DNA of 64,000 nucleotides from Crocinitomicaceae bacterium (lineage in GTDB: Bacteria; Bacteroidota; Bacteroidia; Flavobacteriales_D; Crocinitomicaceae). The DNA lies in NCBI GenBank assembly GCA_044372045.1, contig JBILSN010000006.1, forward strand, positions 11,390 through 75,389, read 5' to 3'. Positions 37,837 to 47,096 of the stretch are shown here, piece after piece. Position 1 is the stretch's first letter, and each line of letters begins with the position of its first letter. The notes under the pieces were generated by a model. It made no database searches. It was not told the DNA's origin and saw only the letters and a program-made list of their open reading frames with translations. A program made the position numbers and the translations under genes.

Positions 37837-38781
37837 ATGCAAGCCCTCACCAGTAATTCATTTCAGTTTCAAGGTCAAACCAAAGTCTATAACGGTAAAG
37901 TAAGAGATGTCTATACCCTAGACAACGAATTACTCGTCATGGTAGCCTCTGATAGAATTTCGGCTTTTGATCACATTCTTCCAAAAGGAATTCCTTACAA
38001 AGGTCAGGTGCTCAATCAGGTAGCCACCATGTTTTTAAATGCCACCAAAGATATTGTACCCAATTGGTTGCTTGCTACCCCAGACCCAGCGGTTGCCATT
38101 GGTATAGCTTGTGAACCCATTCGCATAGAAATGGTGATTCGCGGATACTTGGCGGGTCATGCCGCAAGGGAATACAAAGCGGGTAAGCGCATCCTTTGCG
38201 GTGTTGCTCTGCCAGAAGACCTCAAAGAAAACGACCGTTTACCAGCTCCAATTATAACGCCTGCAACCAAAGCAGAAGAAGGTCACGACGAGGATATATC
38301 TCGAGAAGAAATCTTAGCTCGTGGTTTGGTTCCATCTGATATTTATGCCCAAATGGAGCAATATACCCACGCGCTTTTTGAACGAGGAACCCAAATGGCT
38401 GCCGAGCGTGGGCTTATTCTAGTGGATACCAAATATGAATTTGGTCTGCACAATGGCGTGGTCACCCTCATTGACGAAATCCATACCCCAGATTCTTCTC
38501 GCTACTTTTACGCCGACGGCTATGAGGCGCGTCAGGCAAGCGGTGAAGCACAAAAGCAACTCTCTAAAGAGTTTGTACGTCAATGGCTCATTGAAAATGG
38601 CTTTCAAGGTTTGGAAGGTCAACAAATGCCTACCTTGCCCGATCATTTTGTGCAAACCATTTCGGAAAGGTATATCGAACTTTACGAACGCATTACAGGC
38701 CTTGCTTTTGAGAAGGCGGAGACCCAAAATATTGTTGCCCGCATTGAAAACAATGTCAACGCTTACTTACAAAAAAGTTAA
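37837..38781 (+). CDS. purC: Phosphoribosylaminoimidazole-succinocarboxamide (SAICAR) synthase
   Basis: [32 protein letters not shown]. Confidence 0.95.
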   Translation: MQALTSNSFQFQGQTKVYNGKVRDVYTLDNELLVMVASDRISAFDHILPKGIPYKGQVLNQVATMFLNATKDIVPNWLLATPDPAVAIGIACEPIRIEMVIRGYLAGHAAREYKAGKRILCGVALPEDLKENDRLPAPIITPATKAEEGHDEDISREEILARGLVPSDIYAQMEQYTHALFERGTQMAAERGLILVDTKYEFGLHNGVVTLIDEIHTPDSSRYFYADGYEARQASGEAQKQLSKEFVRQWLIENGFQGLEGQQMPTLPDHFVQTISERYIELYERITGLAFEKAETQNIVARIENNVNAYLQKS

Positions 38782-38784
38782 ATT

Positions 38785-39603
38785 ATGTCTGTACACCACA
38801 CAGCACCAAAAAAAATTACGACCCACACCCTTCAGGAAATGAAGCACGCAGGTCAGAAAATCTCGATGCTTACTGCCTATGACTACTCCATGGCGCGCAT
38901 TGTAGACGAAGCGGGTATAGACGTCATACTTGTCGGAGACTCCGCCTCCAATGTCATGGCTGGCCATGAAACCACCTTGCCCATTACCTTGGACCAAATG
39001 ATTTATCATGCATCTAGTGTGGTACGCGCTGTGGAGCGCTCTTTGGTTGTCGTAGATATGCCATTTGGTTCTTATCAAGGCAACTCAAAAGAGGCTTTGT
39101 CCAGCGCCATAAAAATCATGAAAGAATCCGGCGGACATGCCGTTAAGCTAGAGGGAGGCGCAGAAATACTCGAATCCATACGCCGCATACTCACTGCTGG
39201 TATTCCAGTTATGGGGCATTTGGGTTTAACACCACAGTCCATCTATAAATTTGGCACTTACGTGGTGCGTGCAAAGGAAGAAGAAGAAGCTGCCCGACTC
39301 ATTGCAGATGCCAAAGCACTTGAAGAGGTGGGTTGCTTTGCCATAGTTCTTGAAAAAATCCCTGCAGCACTTGCTGCGCAAGTTGCCCAAATGGTTCAAA
39401 TTCCAATAATTGGGATTGGAGCTGGCGCAGGTGTCGACGGCCAAGTACTCGTCATTCACGATATGCTCGGAATTAATAACGAATTCAATCCGCGTTTTCT
39501 ACGCAAATACAACAACCTTCATGCACATATGCTGCAAGCCTTTCAAGACTATAAAGCTGATGTACAATCTGGCGATTTTCCAAATGTCACGGAGTCCTAT
39601 TAG
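38785..39603 (+). CDS. panB: 3-methyl-2-oxobutanoate hydroxymethyltransferase
   Basis: [28 protein letters not shown]. Confidence 0.95.
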   Translation: MSVHHTAPKKITTHTLQEMKHAGQKISMLTAYDYSMARIVDEAGIDVILVGDSASNVMAGHETTLPITLDQMIYHASSVVRAVERSLVVVDMPFGSYQGNSKEALSSAIKIMKESGGHAVKLEGGAEILESIRRILTAGIPVMGHLGLTPQSIYKFGTYVVRAKEEEEAARLIADAKALEEVGCFAIVLEKIPAALAAQVAQMVQIPIIGIGAGAGVDGQVLVIHDMLGINNEFNPRFLRKYNNLHAHMLQAFQDYKADVQSGDFPNVTESY

Positions 39604-40642
39604 TTTTTTCAGTCTTGTCATTTTCTTTTTACTTCTTGGCTGTAAAGACCAACAAAAACTTGAGCTTTCAAATAAAAACAGCTTGTGTAAGTACAGCAAG
39701 TATTTACATATCTATCAAAGCGCGAAAGGATTTAAAATTGAAATCTCGAATCCTGATCAAAAAGGCAAAGTTCAAGCATTCATCATCACCAAGCCATTTG
39801 AGCGTATAGCCGTACTTAGCGCCACTCATGTTGGTATGCTTTCGGCTATTCATCAGCAGCAAAAAATTTGTGCGATTTCGGATTCAAAATACCTTTTTGA
39901 CCCTCTTCTAAAAAAACGCTTAGATCAAAACCGCGTTATTGATCTTCGGTCAGAATTAGGTTTTTCATCAGAAAAGGTCCTCAGAAGTAAAGCGCAGGTG
40001 GTGATCTACAGCGGTTTTGGCAATGAAAGTCAGCAACTCAAACGACTAGAAGATGCGAATATCTTGAGCATTGCTAACTATGAATGGCGAGAAAACACAC
40101 CTCTAGCAAGGGCAGAATGGGTACTGCTTTTTGGTATTTTAAGTGGTCAGTTTGAACAAGCCCGCCAGTTTTTTAAGCGGGTAGAAGGCAATTACTTGGG
40201 TCTTCAACAGCAAGTCCTCCAGCACAATCATTCCAACCAACTTCCCGTACTGATCAGCGGAAACTTGTATGGTGATCAATGGATAGCTCCAGCTGGTCAG
40301 AGTTTTGAGGCCCGTGTTTATAAGGATGCTGGTTTTGCGTATCTCTTTAGTCAGGCGCAAGGTTCCGGAAGTGTCTTTAAGAGTTTACCTGAAATTCTTC
40401 AAAAAGGAACTGCCGTTGGTTTGTGGCTCAATCCAGGGCAGCCAACGCGTTCAAGGATTTTGAAGCAATATCCAAAAGCAAAATTCTTTCCATTTTTCAA
40501 CAAACGCATTTTCTGTTATACCGCTAACACGAATAAATATTGGGAACAAGTTGCCGTTCGTCCTGATTGGCTGCTCGAAGATTTGAGTCAAATTGCTTTG
40601 AATCCAACAAAAAAAATGCATTTTTATGCTTTAGTAAAATGA
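39584..40642 (+). CDS. ABC transporter periplasmic-binding lipoprotein (iron-siderophore/cobalamin type)
   Basis: Start re-set to ATG 39584, giving the lipobox [20 protein letters not shown]. Followed by a FecCD permease and an ATPase with ATGA overlaps. Confidence 0.65.
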   Translation: MSRSPISFFSLVIFFLLLGCKDQQKLELSNKNSLCKYSKYLHIYQSAKGFKIEISNPDQKGKVQAFIITKPFERIAVLSATHVGMLSAIHQQQKICAISDSKYLFDPLLKKRLDQNRVIDLRSELGFSSEKVLRSKAQVVIYSGFGNESQQLKRLEDANILSIANYEWRENTPLARAEWVLLFGILSGQFEQARQFFKRVEGNYLGLQQQVLQHNHSNQLPVLISGNLYGDQWIAPAGQSFEARVYKDAGFAYLFSQAQGSGSVFKSLPEILQKGTAVGLWLNPGQPTRSRILKQYPKAKFFPFFNKRIFCYTANTNKYWEQVAVRPDWLLEDLSQIALNPTKKMHFYALVK

Positions 40643-41583
40643 AGCGGCATTCTTTTCCTGTACTTTTTTTCATGTCAGCACTACTTATTGGGTTGTCTAG
40701 TATGCATTTATTTGGTTTACATGCTGAAGTCACTAGCAATAGTCTCGTGTTCTGGGAGTTTCAAATCCCAAGATTACTGAGTGCAGTTTTGGCAGGAGCA
40801 GGACTCTCCCTAAGTGGCTTACTGATGCAAAATCTTTTTCAGAATCCGATGGCTGGCCCTTACGTATTGGGTATCAATTCAGGAGCTAGCCTTTTGATAT
40901 CCATTTTGATCTTGGGTGCGGGCCCTTCGGTTTTAAATCAACTGAGCTATGCCAGTGCCGCAATGATGGGTGCATTTTTAGCAGCTAGCTTTATGTTTTC
41001 GGTTGCAAAAAGGGTCAAAAATATACAATCATTATTAGTGATTGGCCTGATGTTTGCGAGTTTTACAGGTGCCATCGAGTCCGTGCTTCAGTCTTTTGCA
41101 GCCCCTGAGCAAATCAAACAACTATTTATTTGGAATATGGGTTCGCTGCAACAAATGAGTGCCGCACAGGCGCCATTACTTGCGGTATTCGTTTTGGTAG
41201 GTATTGTGATTGCGCTGTTTTTGATCAAGGGACTCAACGCTATGGTACTCGGAGATGCACAGGCCCGGCAACTTGGCGTAAAGGTAAACTTTCTTAAAGT
41301 TTCTATTTTATTTGTAACCGCACTCTTAGCCGGTAGTATAACCGCTTATTGTGGCCCTATCGCGTTTGTAGGTTTAGCTATTCCCAATTTAGCCCGTGCC
41401 ATTTTAAAGACCCAAGACCATCTTGTACTCATCTTATTCTCTGTCTTAGCCGGCAGCTGTTTTCTTGTTGCTATAGATGTACTTATTTTACTTTTTGATC
41501 CTTGGATGAGTATTCCAGTCAATGTTTTAACGGCCGCAATTGGTGCGCCTTATGTTGCATACCTCATGTTGCGTCGCCGATGA
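40639..41583 (+). CDS. FecCD-family ABC transporter permease
   Basis: NPMAGPYVLGINSGA, GPIAFVGLAIPNLAR, about 9 TM segments. ATGA overlap at 40639. Confidence 0.85.
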   Translation: MKRHSFPVLFFMSALLIGLSSMHLFGLHAEVTSNSLVFWEFQIPRLLSAVLAGAGLSLSGLLMQNLFQNPMAGPYVLGINSGASLLISILILGAGPSVLNQLSYASAAMMGAFLAASFMFSVAKRVKNIQSLLVIGLMFASFTGAIESVLQSFAAPEQIKQLFIWNMGSLQQMSAAQAPLLAVFVLVGIVIALFLIKGLNAMVLGDAQARQLGVKVNFLKVSILFVTALLAGSITAYCGPIAFVGLAIPNLARAILKTQDHLVLILFSVLAGSCFLVAIDVLILLFDPWMSIPVNVLTAAIGAPYVAYLMLRRR

Positions 41584-42281
41584 TCAAGGTTGAAAACGCC
41601 CAAATAGGTTATCAGCAGCTACTGATTTCCATCGATGAGTTGACGCTTCCAGCTGGCCAGCTTTATGCGCTTATTGGCCGAAACGGGTCGGGCAAATCAA
41701 CTTTATTACAATCATTAATTGGGCAGTTGCCTTTACGTTCAGGTCAGCTTTCACTGGGCAAATTTTCGGTTCAAGCGCTGCAAAATGACCATCTATTACG
41801 CGCCACTCATGTTTCCTTTGTGCAGAGTATGTTTGTGGGTGTTGAAGCACTCACTTTACACGCCTATGTTTCGCTTGGTCGCTTGCCTTATTTGGGTGCA
41901 TTTGGCCGCATGCAAGATAAAGACTTGAGCATAGTAGACGATGTATTGAGCCTTTTTAATCTTACAGATCTTGCGCATCGAGCTACGCAAAATTTAAGTG
42001 ATGGTGAGCGTCAATTGGCTAGTTTGGCGCGTGCTATTGTGCAGGACACGCCATACATGATCTTAGACGAGCCCGCTTCGTTTCTAGATTATTTCAATCG
42101 AGAATTATTGCTAGAACAACTTCAAAATTGGGTGCAAAGTAATGCAAACCGCACGGCAATATTTTCGAGTCATGACATCGATTTGTGTCTGGAAAAGGGC
42201 ATAAAGTTGCTTGTTTTGCACGCGCAAAAGCTCACACTTTTGGAAAACCCGACCAAAAAAGAAGTAATGGACTTACTTTAG
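41580..42281 (+). CDS. ABC transporter ATP-binding protein
   Basis: Walker A GRNGSGKST, signature LSDGERQ, Walker B MILDEP. ATGA overlap at 41580. Confidence 0.85.
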   Translation: MIKVENAQIGYQQLLISIDELTLPAGQLYALIGRNGSGKSTLLQSLIGQLPLRSGQLSLGKFSVQALQNDHLLRATHVSFVQSMFVGVEALTLHAYVSLGRLPYLGAFGRMQDKDLSIVDDVLSLFNLTDLAHRATQNLSDGERQLASLARAIVQDTPYMILDEPASFLDYFNRELLLEQLQNWVQSNANRTAIFSSHDIDLCLEKGIKLLVLHAQKLTLLENPTKKEVMDLL

Positions 42282-42841
42282 ATGGTCATGATGTCTTTCT
42301 CTTTGAGTTCGAGAAGCTCATCTACTTTTTTGATATAGGCATTCGTTATTTTTTGAACCTCTTCTTCGGCATCTTTGGATAAATCTTCTGATAAACCTTC
42401 TGTTTTGAGGTCTTTGATCATGTCAATGGCATCTTTGCGGTTGTTGCGGATACCAATTTTGGCATTTTCAGCTTCAGACTTTGCACGTTTGACGAGGTCT
42501 CGACGACGTTCTTCTGTGAGTGGAGGAACGGCAATAATGAGCTGTTCGCCGTTATTTTGAGGGTTCAGGCCAAGATTGGCGTTAATAATTCCTTTTGCAA
42601 TATCGTTTAGCAAAGGTTTTTCCCAGGGTTGAACAATGATGGTCCGGGCATCCATGGTATTGACATTGGCTACCTGTTGTAGTGGGGTCATGGCGCCGTA
42701 GTATTCAACCATAACGCTATTGAGCATAGCAGGGCTGGCTTTACCTGCTCGGATTTTGATTAGTTCGTTTTCTAAGTGACTCAAGGACTTTTGATTGGCG
42801 TCTTTGAAGTCGTCGTAGATCATTGAAAGTTCTTCTATCAT
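42278..42841 (-). CDS. frr: Ribosome recycling factor
   Basis: [33 protein letters not shown]. Confidence 0.95.
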   Translation of the reverse strand: MIEELSMIYDDFKDANQKSLSHLENELIKIRAGKASPAMLNSVMVEYYGAMTPLQQVANVNTMDARTIIVQPWEKPLLNDIAKGIINANLGLNPQNNGEQLIIAVPPLTEERRRDLVKRAKSEAENAKIGIRNNRKDAIDMIKDLKTEGLSEDLSKDAEEEVQKITNAYIKKVDELLELKEKDIMTI

Positions 42842-43548
42842 GATGCGCTAACTATTGTTCCAACACGTTCTCCTTCCATTAATTTGCGTAGGTTGCCAGG
42901 AGTATCCATGTCAAATACGATGATGGGTAAATTATTTTCTTTGCAAAGTGTAAATGCAGTCATGTCCATGACGTTCAGCCCACGGGCATAAACTTCGTCA
43001 AATGATATTTGATCAAATTTGACAGCTGAGCTGTCCTTGAGTGGGTCTGCGGTATAAATGCCATCTACGCGGGTTCCTTTGAGAATTACTTCAGCATTGA
43101 TTTCAATGGCGCGTAGTGAAGCTGCAGAATCAGTGGTGAAAAACGGATTGCCCGTACCGGCTCCAAAAATGACGACTCTTCCTTTTTCGAGATGACGAAC
43201 GGCTTTGCGACGCACAAATGGTTCTGCGATTTCTTTCATTTCAATGGCTGATTGCAAACGGGTAGTAACACCAACGGATTCTAGGGCAGACTGCAGGGCC
43301 ATTGAGTTGATCATGGTGGCAAGCATGCCCATGTAATCACCGTGGGTGCGGTCCATGCCACCTTCTTCGGCTTGTACACCTCTAAAGATATTGCCACCGC
43401 CAATGACGATTGCGATTTCGACACCTAATTGATGCAGATCCTTAATTTGTTGAGCGTAGGCACTGATGCGTGTGTTATCAATGCCAAATTGTTTATCTCC
43501 CATCAGGGATTCACCGGAAAGTTTGAGGAGTATGCGTTTGTACTTCAT
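42838..43548 (-). CDS. pyrH: UMP kinase
   Basis: [28 protein letters not shown]. Confidence 0.95.
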   Translation of the reverse strand: MKYKRILLKLSGESLMGDKQFGIDNTRISAYAQQIKDLHQLGVEIAIVIGGGNIFRGVQAEEGGMDRTHGDYMGMLATMINSMALQSALESVGVTTRLQSAIEMKEIAEPFVRRKAVRHLEKGRVVIFGAGTGNPFFTTDSAASLRAIEINAEVILKGTRVDGIYTADPLKDSSAVKFDQISFDEVYARGLNVMDMTAFTLCKENNLPIIVFDMDTPGNLRKLMEGERVGTIVSAS

Positions 43549-43556
43549 ATGCAGGA

Positions 43557-43564
43557 CAAATATA
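43557..43564 (-). promoter_or_regulatory. Candidate -7 box TATATTTG, 8 nt upstream of the pyrH ATG
   Basis: The reverse strand reads TATATTTG TCCTGCAT ATG. Confidence 0.4.
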
Positions 43565-43595
43565 ATATGATTCGTGTTTATTTGCGATGAGGGTA

Positions 43596-43628
43596 AAAAA
43601 AAAGCTATCGATGTCGATAGCTTTTTTT
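43596..43628 (-). terminator. Intrinsic terminator after tsf
   Basis: Palindrome agctatcga / tcgatagct (43603-43611 and 43614-43622), flanked by an A-run and a T-run. Confidence 0.75.
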
Positions 43629-43643
43629 ATGAATTGGTTTTGC

Positions 43644-44474
43644 TTAGCTCAAAGAGAAGCGTTTGAACTCAGAAACTGTAAGACCTTTGGAGGTGCTATT
43701 TAAGAATTGTTCAACGGTGAGTTTGTTGTCACGGACAAACGCCTGGCTTAATAGTGTATTTTCTTGGAAGAATTTATTCAAGCGACCCAAAGCAATTTTT
43801 TCAGCCATGTCAGCTGGTTTGCCTTCTTGGATAGCTAGTTCTTTACCAACCTCGATTTCGCGCTCAATTGTGCGCTCATCGACGCCATTTTTATCAATGG
43901 CGATCGGCGCCATTGCGGCAACTTGCATGGCAACTTGACGACCTGCTTCTGCAACTTCTTCTCCAGAAAGGGTCAAACCAACAAGTGTCGCTAATTGATT
44001 ACCAGGGTGGTTGTAGGCAACGACGTTTTCAGCACGAACTACTGCGTATGCGGAAAGATCGAGTTTTTCGCCGATCACACCAACTTGTTCGGTGATTTTA
44101 TCTTCCACAGAAAGCCTGTCATCATAAGCAAGTGCTTTCAATTCTTCAGCAGTTTCAGGAAGTTTGCTCAGTGCGATGTCAACTAAAGATTGAACAAACG
44201 AAACGAATCCGTCGTTTTTGGCAACGAAGTCTGTTTCACAGTTGAGCGTTAAGATGACACCAGCTTTGCTGTCAGCAGTTGCTTGTGCCATAATTAGACC
44301 TTCTTTGGCGTCGTTACCGCCGCGTTTTGCAGCAATCTTTTGACCTTTTTTACGAAGAATATCGATGGCTGTTTCGAAATCGCCATTGGCTTCTACCAAT
44401 GCGTTTTTACAATCCATCATACCAGCGCCTGTCTGTTGGCGCAATTTGTTTACATCTGCAGCTGTGATAGCCAT
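43644..44474 (-). CDS. tsf: Elongation factor Ts
   Basis: LRQQTGAGMMDCKNAL. Adjacent to rpsB. Confidence 0.95.
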   Translation of the reverse strand: MAITAADVNKLRQQTGAGMMDCKNALVEANGDFETAIDILRKKGQKIAAKRGGNDAKEGLIMAQATADSKAGVILTLNCETDFVAKNDGFVSFVQSLVDIALSKLPETAEELKALAYDDRLSVEDKITEQVGVIGEKLDLSAYAVVRAENVVAYNHPGNQLATLVGLTLSGEEVAEAGRQVAMQVAAMAPIAIDKNGVDERTIEREIEVGKELAIQEGKPADMAEKIALGRLNKFFQENTLLSQAFVRDNKLTVEQFLNSTSKGLTVSEFKRFSLS

Positions 44475-44496
44475 TTTATAAGAGTTTATTGGTGAA

Positions 44497-45270
44497 TTAT
44501 TCAGCGCTTTCAGAAGCTTCCTCAGCTACAACTTCAGCAGTTGCCTCAGCAGGTGCTTCGTCTTTATCGGTAGCTTTCAAATTTTTGCGATCTTCTAATC
44601 CTTCTTTAATGGCACCACAAATGGCATCGAGAATTAAAGTAATGGATTTTGTAGCGTCGTCATTTGCAGGAATAGGGAAATCAACCAATTTTGGATTAGA
44701 ATTGGTATCTACCATGGCAAATGTTGGAATGTTCAAGCGGCGTGCTTCTGCAAGGGCAATGTGCTCCTTGAGGATGTCGACGATGAAAATGGCTGCAGGT
44801 TGACGCGTCATGTCTGCGATAGAACCAAAGTTTTTCTCGAGTTTTTCGCGCTGACGGCTTTTGAATAGTTTTTCACGCTTGTTGAGGGTATCCCATGTTC
44901 CGTCTGATTTCATTTTGTCGATGAGTGACATTTTACGAATCGACTTACGTGTGGTTTGGAAGTTGGTTAACATACCACCAGACCAACGCTCTGTTACGAA
45001 CGGCATGTTGACTGCTGCTACGCGTTCAGAAACGATATCTTTTGCTTGTTTCTTCGTTGCTACGAAAAGTACTTTTTTACCAGATTTAGCAATTTGCTTC
45101 ATTGCAGCACATGCGTGGTCTAGGTGTAAGATTGTTTTGTTGAGGTCAATGATGTGAATACCTTTCTTCTCTTCGAAGATGTAAGGAGCCATTGCCGGGT
45201 TCCACTTGCGCTTGAGGTGACCAAAGTGTACACCGGCGTCTAGTAGGGTTTCAAAAGTTAATTTAGACAT
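44497..45270 (-). CDS. rpsB: 30S ribosomal protein S2
   Basis: LLDAGVHFGH, RWSGGMLTN. Acidic C-terminal tail. Confidence 0.95.
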   Translation of the reverse strand: MSKLTFETLLDAGVHFGHLKRKWNPAMAPYIFEEKKGIHIIDLNKTILHLDHACAAMKQIAKSGKKVLFVATKKQAKDIVSERVAAVNMPFVTERWSGGMLTNFQTTRKSIRKMSLIDKMKSDGTWDTLNKREKLFKSRQREKLEKNFGSIADMTRQPAAIFIVDILKEHIALAEARRLNIPTFAMVDTNSNPKLVDFPIPANDDATKSITLILDAICGAIKEGLEDRKNLKATDKDEAPAEATAEVVAEEASESAE

Positions 45271-45370
45271 ATTTTGTTTTTGTTTACGTTCCTAATAAAA
45301 TAACCAACATTGAAGGGGCCATAAAGGCAGGTACTCCAACGCTTGGATGCTAAACAGTCCAGTAGGCGAA

Positions 45371-45757
45371 TTAACGCTTGGAGAACTGGAATTTCTTTCT
45401 CGCTTTAGGCTGACCTGGTTTCTTACGCTCTACCATTCTTGGATCGCGCGTCATGAGGCCTTCTACTTTGAGCATTGGTTTGTAGTCTGCAGAAATTTCT
45501 ACAAGTGCGCGGGAAATACCCAAACGAACTGCTTCTGCTTGACCGTTGATACCACCACCAACAACGTTTACTTTGATGTCGTACTGACCAGCTGTTCCGG
45601 TTAGTGCAAACGGTTGGTGAACTTTAGCTTGAAGAAAGTCAATTGGAAAAAACTCGGTCATCTCGCGTTTGTTGATGGAGATTTTGCCATTTCCTTTTGT
45701 TAAATAAACGCGGGCTACCGCTGTTTTTCTTCTTCCTAGTGCATTAATGACTTCCAT
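45371..45757 (-). CDS. rpsI: 30S ribosomal protein S9
   Basis: GRRKTAVARV, GGGINGQAEAVRLGISRAL. C-terminal ...SKR. Confidence 0.95.
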   Translation of the reverse strand: MEVINALGRRKTAVARVYLTKGNGKISINKREMTEFFPIDFLQAKVHQPFALTGTAGQYDIKVNVVGGGINGQAEAVRLGISRALVEISADYKPMLKVEGLMTRDPRMVERKKPGQPKARKKFQFSKR

Positions 45758-45762
45758 ACTTA

Positions 45763-46218
45763 TTATTTGAGGGTATCAAGATTCAATAATTCAGGTTGCT
45801 GTGCTTCATGGTTGTGAGCAGCACCTTTATATACTTTTAGGTTGGTGTAAAGTTTGCGACCGAGTGTATTCTTTGGAAGCATGCCTTTAATTGCTTTTTC
45901 AATGAGGCGCTCAGGGTGGTTTTTGAGCATGCTCTCAGCAGATGTAAAGCGCTGACCTCCAGGGTAACCAGAGAAACGGACGTATTCTTTATTTTGGAGT
46001 TTAGTGCCCGAAAAGGCGATTTTCTCCGCATTGATAACGATCACATTGTCACCACAGTCTGCGTGTGGTGTGTAACAGGTTTTATATTTTCCTCGGATGA
46101 CTTTGGCAACTTTACTTGCCAAACGTCCGACGGTTTGACCTTCAGCATCCACAACAAACCATTTTTTATCGGCAGTTTCGGTATTACCAGCTAACGTTCT
46201 GTAACTTAATGTGTTCAC
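45763..46218 (-). CDS. rplM: 50S ribosomal protein L13
   Basis: [38 protein letters not shown] start. Confidence 0.95.
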   Translation of the reverse strand: MNTLSYRTLAGNTETADKKWFVVDAEGQTVGRLASKVAKVIRGKYKTCYTPHADCGDNVIVINAEKIAFSGTKLQNKEYVRFSGYPGGQRFTSAESMLKNHPERLIEKAIKGMLPKNTLGRKLYTNLKVYKGAAHNHEAQQPELLNLDTLK

Positions 46219-46266
46219 GGTTCTTTCTATTAAATAAAAAACTTAATTACCCTAAATTTAGGGGTG

Positions 46267-46297
46267 CAAAGATACAACTATTGTGTTTATTTACAAA
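46267..46297 (-). promoter_or_regulatory. Promoter of rplM-rpsI(-rpsB-tsf): TTTG, 19-nt spacer, TATCTTTG
   Basis: The reverse strand reads TTTG TAAATAAACACAATAGTTG TATCTTTG. This exactly matches the Bacteroidota -33/-7 consensus and spacing. Confidence 0.6.
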
Positions 46298-46320
46298 TGA
46301 AAAGCAGAAAAAATATGAGA

Positions 46321-47094
46321 TTATTTTGCTTTAAAGGCTGAAATTGCATTTCGAGTAAATTCACTTAAGACCAAACGTCCGCTGATGGCCGCTCTTTGTA
46401 AGAGGAGTTCATCCCAATTTTCAGTACCTTGCCAGAAGATTTTTTTGAGTTCAAGCATGGCTTCAGGGTTAGACTGCGCAAGCTTGGTGCTGAGCGTTTG
46501 AATGGCCGCATCTAAATGCTGTTCATCTTCAAAAATCTCGGTGTAAAGGCCTTTTTCTTTGGCCCATTGTGCACTGCGCCATTCTGAGGCATTGATAGCA
46601 AGTTCACTCATGGCAGACAAGCCAATTTTTCTTTCTACCGCAGGCCCAACTACAAAAGGCCCAATTCCTACGGCGAGTTCAGATAGTTTAACATCTGCCT
46701 TGGTGGTGGCCAAGCAGTAGTCAGTAGCTGAGGCAAGACCTACGCCCCCGCCAACTGCTCGTCCTTGAACGCGTCCGATGATCAGTTTTGGTGCTTTTCT
46801 ACAAGCGTTGATCACTTTGGCAAAGCCCGAGAAAAATTCAAGGCCTGCATCGAGGTCTTGGATGCTGATGAGTTCGTCAAAACTGGCCCCAGCGCAAAAA
46901 GCTTTACTTCCTTGCGATTGGAGCACCAAAACTTTGGTGCGTTCATCGGCGGCTATTTCTGTAATGGTATCCGCTAAAGTTTGAAGAATATGACCGGGCA
47001 AAGCATTGCTCATGGGGTGCCCAAAAGTGATGATCCCAATGCCTAATTCGGTTATTTCGGTTAAAACAAAACCGTTGTCTTGTGGTGTGTCCAT
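46321..47094 (-). CDS. Enoyl-CoA hydratase/isomerase (crotonase) family protein
   Basis: FCAGASFDEL, GRAVGGGVGLASATD. Confidence 0.85.
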   Translation of the reverse strand: MDTPQDNGFVLTEITELGIGIITFGHPMSNALPGHILQTLADTITEIAADERTKVLVLQSQGSKAFCAGASFDELISIQDLDAGLEFFSGFAKVINACRKAPKLIIGRVQGRAVGGGVGLASATDYCLATTKADVKLSELAVGIGPFVVGPAVERKIGLSAMSELAINASEWRSAQWAKEKGLYTEIFEDEQHLDAAIQTLSTKLAQSNPEAMLELKKIFWQGTENWDELLLQRAAISGRLVLSEFTRNAISAFKAK

Positions 47095-47096
47095 TC

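Noticed and set aside
45271-45370. A possible small ncRNA (SRP RNA, 6S-like or other) in the 100-nt rpsI-rpsB spacer and the 102-nt spacer upstream of rplM
   Set aside because: I recognised no conserved ncRNA motifs, such as SRP domain IV. The spacers are better explained as the leader or intercistronic region and the rplM promoter.
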